Below are positions 19,880 through 23,417 of a stretch of 23,417 nucleotides of DNA, piece by piece. The notes beneath the pieces are model-generated. The model did not search any database and was not told where the DNA came from. It worked only from the letters and a program-made list of their open reading frames with translations. Origin of the DNA: an uncultured bacterium (GTDB taxonomy: Bacteria; Auribacterota; Erginobacteria; Erginobacterales; Erginobacteraceae). Every line of letters starts with the position of its first letter. The stretch's first letter is position 1. The position numbers and the translations under genes are program-made. Location: contig CAWGIE010000022.1 of the NCBI GenBank assembly GCA_963822585.1, positions 1 to 23,417 of the forward strand. The letters are read 5' to 3'.

Positions 19880-20171
19880 AGCGGGGCGACCGGCGTTGAG
19901 GGACAGCCCGGCGTCATCGAGCGCGCCGGGTCACCCGCCGTGACGAGCAGAAATCACGCCGATCCCCTCGTTCGAAATCCTCGACAGAGCAGAATTTTGT
20001 CAGTCGAGTAACCAATTGATACGAAATATCTTGCAAGTGGATGTCCGAGTCGGCTGGAGGCGGACGATCGCGCGTCATGGTCCACGGACTGCAAGGCGGT
20101 GCACGCCCGCAAACAGGTGCAGGAAAACGGCCTCCGGTCCGGTCGATTCCGCGCCTGCACGGGCCCCGCGG

Positions 20172-21720
20172 CTATTCGATCCGCGCCAGCCCGGCGGCGG
20201 AATTACCCTGTCGGGTATCACGGCCAGGAGCGGAGAAGACCGCGATTCCCGCGAATGACGTGTCTTGGCGCATGCCGGGGAGCGCGCGAATTCCGGTGAG
20301 GAATTGACCATTCGGGTCCGCATGGAATGGCCGGGAGTATACGAGCCAAAACGGGCTTCCGCGCTCGACCTGCAGTCCCAGCAACCCGAGAGCCGCCCCG
20401 GACTGAGTCACCCCGTCGGCGTTTTCAGGGAGGGTGAGCACTGGCTGTCCAGCCCCCGCGTATAGCCGCACGAGCCCGGATATGTACCCAGGGACTACAT
20501 ACACCGGGGCCGGGGACATTCCCTTCAAAAACCGACCGAGGGCAGCGGCGTCTTCATTCTGGTACCGGGCATCGATCTGTCGATGGTAGATAGATACGCC
20601 GAATAACGTCAGCAAGCCGATCCCTGCGGATAGAGCGAGTCGCGAATGCGCGGCCTGGCTAACCCCGGCTCCGAGAATTACGATGAGAGGAACCGCTGCC
20701 CAGACGATATGCCTCACCTCGAAGGCGACGCCGGTAGTTTCCGCAACGAAGAGTGATGCGAGGACCGGAACCGCGCACAGCATCGGCATCCGGAACGCCT
20801 GCCGCCGGTCGCCGGGCAGCGACCGAATGCCCGTCAGCACCAGCACCAGCACGACCGAGGCCACGGCGATGAGCCAAGGGAACGCCTGAATCACTGCTTC
20901 GCGGGCCGTCAGTACGTGCAGCTCACGGAGCGAAGGCCCCAAGCCATGCCCCACAACGAACGAGAGGAACACATAGCCCGCCGCCGCAGGGCTGGGAAAC
21001 ACGCGATAAGCGCTGGCCTGTTGCAATGCCAGATCACCGGGCAGCACGAGCGTGATCAGCGGGAGCGAGGCAAGCGCGATGGCCAGGTGTGCCGCGAATC
21101 GGCTTGCGGAGCCGCTGCCACGAGCGTCGCTCGATCAGAATGATCAGCACGCCAGTGCCGATTAGTAGGGCGAAGTAGTAATGGACCCACAATACCCACT
21201 GCGCATGCGGCAACGTACCAGGCCCAAGCGGCCGTCCGATCGGTGTCGAGTGCGCGAACTAGCGCTAGAATGGCCACCGCGGCGAACAGGATATAGAGCC
21301 CGTATGCGCGACCTTCCTGCGAGTACCAGATGTGGATTGGCGAGACGGAAAGAATGAAAGCCGAACAGAGCGCCACCGCCGGTCCGCCGACCCGTCGCCC
21401 TAGCCGCCAGACTACGACCACGGCAAGCACACCGAACAGCGCCCCTAGCACGCGGCCGGCATAGATCGACGGGTCGAGCTCCAGCCACCAATGCAGAATG
21501 AGGTTGTAAAGCGGCGGGAAATCCATCGGGGGTATTGAAAATCTGCTCCGGGAGTGTGGCGTGCGAAATCGAGGTCGGTCACCTCGTCTGCAGTGAGGCT
21601 CTGACTGGTCAGGAAGAGAATCCGCAGGCCTGCAGCCAGGAGAACGATCAGTACCAGCCCGACCCTTGGCCACCGGCTGGATCGCGCCACGGCGCTATCG
21701 GGCGTGAGTGCAGTGTTCAT
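20172..21720 (-). CDS. GT-C fold membrane glycosyltransferase (GT39/PMT_2, ArnT-like), frameshifted near 21545, 21188 and 21098
   Basis: LLAAGLRILFLTSQSLTADE (DE motif), DFPPLYNLILHWW, GRVLGALFG, SPIHIWYSQEGRAYGL, HYYFALL and FEVRHIVWAAVPL, then a soluble C-terminal domain. GAGGAG lies 6 nt upstream of ATG 21720. Confidence 0.83.
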
Positions 21721-21855
21721 TATCGACTCCTCGAGCCATCCACCCCTCACGGGCGATCGCTCATGCGTGACCGAACGGAGCTCCGGGCCCCGTCCCCGCT
21801 GGCGATCCTCGGGGTGACAGCCTAGACCTTCACGCCCCGATGGCTGAGGCATGCC

Positions 21856-23415
21856 TCATCTCCCCCCCACCTCCATCACCCACACATCCGCCTGCCGATT
21901 CTCCGTCGTGTAATAGATCCTCCCATGCCCCATCGACCACTCCGGCCGCGAGGACGGCCGGGTCGGATCATCGAACCGCACCACCAGCTCCTGCGCCCCG
22001 CTGTCCGCCGGCATCCTCCAGATGGCGCCCGTGCCGCTCGCGTCGTGGCTCTTGAAGTAGATCATCTTCCCATCCGCGCTCCACTGGACCTCCTCCGCCT
22101 CCCGTCCACCCGGCACCGCGGGATCGGACAGCGTCCTCGGCGCCCCCGAATCCGAACCGCCGACGGCCAGCGGCCCTCCCTGCGGCCCGCCCACGAACGC
22201 GATCCGCTTCCCATCCGGTGACCACTCGGGCCAGTAGCCGCCGGCAAATCTCAGGGCCGGCTCGGCCCATCCGCCGTCCGCCTTGCGGCCCACGATCCAG
22301 ATGCCGCTCCCGGCCAGGTCGCCGAAGGCGATCCGCTTCCCGTCGGGCGACCAGACGGGGAGGAACTCCTGGCGCGGCGACCGGGTCACCTGCTGCACCG
22401 GTCCGCCGTCGAGCGGGAGCACGTAGATGTCGCGCGACCCGCTGCGCCACGAGTGAAACACCACGTTCCGTCCATCGGGCGACACGCCGGGCGCAAAGTC
22501 GTCCACCGAGTCGCTGGTGAGCTGCTCGGGATCGCCATGGGGCAGGCGCAGCCGGAAAACGTTGGCGCTGCCCGGCAGGTTCGAGTCGTAATAGAGCCAC
22601 TGCCCATCGGGCGAGACCCGCACGTTCTCGATCACCTCGGTTCCGCTGGTCACCCGCTCGGCGGCTCGCGGCGGAGAAGGGAGACGGGCCGACAGCGCCA
22701 GCGACCAGATGTCCGACGTGGCGGCGTAGACGGAATAGGCGACCCGGTGCCCGTCGGCCGAGAGGGAGAGCGACTGCGCCTCGAGCCCGGTGGTGAGCCG
22801 CTCCGGGGAGCGCGCCGCGGCGCCGCGCCGGCTGATCGCTACGGCGTAGATGTCCTTGGGGCCGTCGCGGTTGGAGATGAAATAGAGGGTCCGCCCGTCG
22901 GGCGCCCATACGGGGCTTTGATTGACCGACAGACTATCGGTTACGGTCGTCACGACCCCGTCACTCACCCGGCAAACGACGACTCGACTGGGCGACAGGT
23001 TCCCGAAGGTCCGTCCGATTTCCATGTAGCGGACGTTGCCCGAGGCGCAGGCGATCATCCCGCCGGTGGGAGACCAGTCGCAGAGCCCCGGCTCGTAGAA
23101 GCGCGCCAGCGGGTGCGCGCCCGACGCGGGGTCCCAGATGAACAGCGAATCGCCCACGGCGAAGGCGATCCGCTTGCCGTCGGGAGACCAGGCGGCGGTG
23201 CGGACCGGCCCCGCGCGTCCGGCGGGAATCTCCTGCCGGGCGGAGCCGCCGCCGGCCGGGGCGGAGAAGACCCCGCCCCGGGCCAGGAAGAGGAGCCGAG
23301 TGCCGTCGGGCGACCAGCGGGGATTGGCTTCCACCTCGGTGCTGTCGTCGCTCAGCGCAATCGCCCGCCCGCCGGCCACGGGGCGCAGCTCGATCCGGGT
23401 ATGCGAAGAGTTGCC
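21856..23415 (-). CDS. TolB-like / PD40-repeat beta-propeller protein, 5'-partial (possibly the C-terminal part of a Ser/Thr kinase-propeller fusion)
   Basis: Many repeats of the type PRWSPDGTRLLF, AAWSPDGKRIAF, PVWAPDGRTLYFISNRDG, VSPDGQWLYYDSN, PVWSPDGKRIAF, PEWSPDGKRIAF and WSADGKMIYF. The frame stays open to the window edge. A kinase domain is not visible in the window. Confidence 0.9.
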   Translation of the reverse strand, partial: GNSSHTRIELRPVAGGRAIALSDDSTEVEANPRWSPDGTRLLFLARGGVFSAPAGGGSARQEIPAGRAGPVRTAAWSPDGKRIAFAVGDSLFIWDPASGAHPLARFYEPGLCDWSPTGGMIACASGNVRYMEIGRTFGNLSPSRVVVCRVSDGVVTTVTDSLSVNQSPVWAPDGRTLYFISNRDGPKDIYAVAISRRGAAARSPERLTTGLEAQSLSLSADGHRVAYSVYAATSDIWSLALSARLPSPPRAAERVTSGTEVIENVRVSPDGQWLYYDSNLPGSANVFRLRLPHGDPEQLTSDSVDDFAPGVSPDGRNVVFHSWRSGSRDIYVLPLDGGPVQQVTRSPRQEFLPVWSPDGKRIAFGDLAGSGIWIVGRKADGGWAEPALRFAGGYWPEWSPDGKRIAFVGGPQGGPLAVGGSDSGAPRTLSDPAVPGGREAEEVQWSADGKMIYFKSHDASGTGAIWRMPADSGAQELVVRFDDPTRPSSRPEWSMGHGRIYYTTENRQADVWVMEVGGR

Positions 23416-23417
23416 GG

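Noticed and set aside
1..23417. CRISPR arrays, tRNA/rRNA genes, IS elements, integrases, ops/JUMPstart element
   Set aside because: No regularly spaced repeats, RNA-gene signatures, transposase or recombinase motifs, or intergenic ops match were found by eye.

Overview
GC-rich bacterial DNA carrying most of a Wzx/Wzy-dependent exopolysaccharide or capsule locus. The protein styles suggest Gemmatimonadota, but that is inference only. Plus-strand order: priming sugar transferase (5'-partial), short Wza, Wzc, GDP-mannose 3,5-epimerase-like SDR, WecB/TagA GT, GT4, Wzx flippase. Next comes an inverted two-gene cassette (GT2 plus a nucleotidyltransferase/thymidylate-kinase-like fusion). The plus strand then resumes with GT4, a Wzy/O-antigen-ligase-like protein, and a tightly coupled tailoring block: NodU/CmcH carbamoyltransferase, APH/choline-kinase-fold kinase, WcaE-like GT2 and CE4 deacetylase. 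The minus strand then encodes a lipoprotein with four Ig-like repeats and a beta-helix, a GT39/PMT-like membrane glycosyltransferase, and a 5'-partial TolB/PD40 beta-propeller protein of higher GC. Eleven genes are broken by single-base indels, often at short homopolymer runs, and two in-frame TGAs are present. This looks most like uncorrected long-read error, so gene models were rebuilt by eye across frames. The most interesting biology is the apparent polymer-decoration machinery (carbamoylation, deacetylation, two unrelated kinase folds, a possible L-sugar). No RNA genes, CRISPR arrays or mobile elements were seen.
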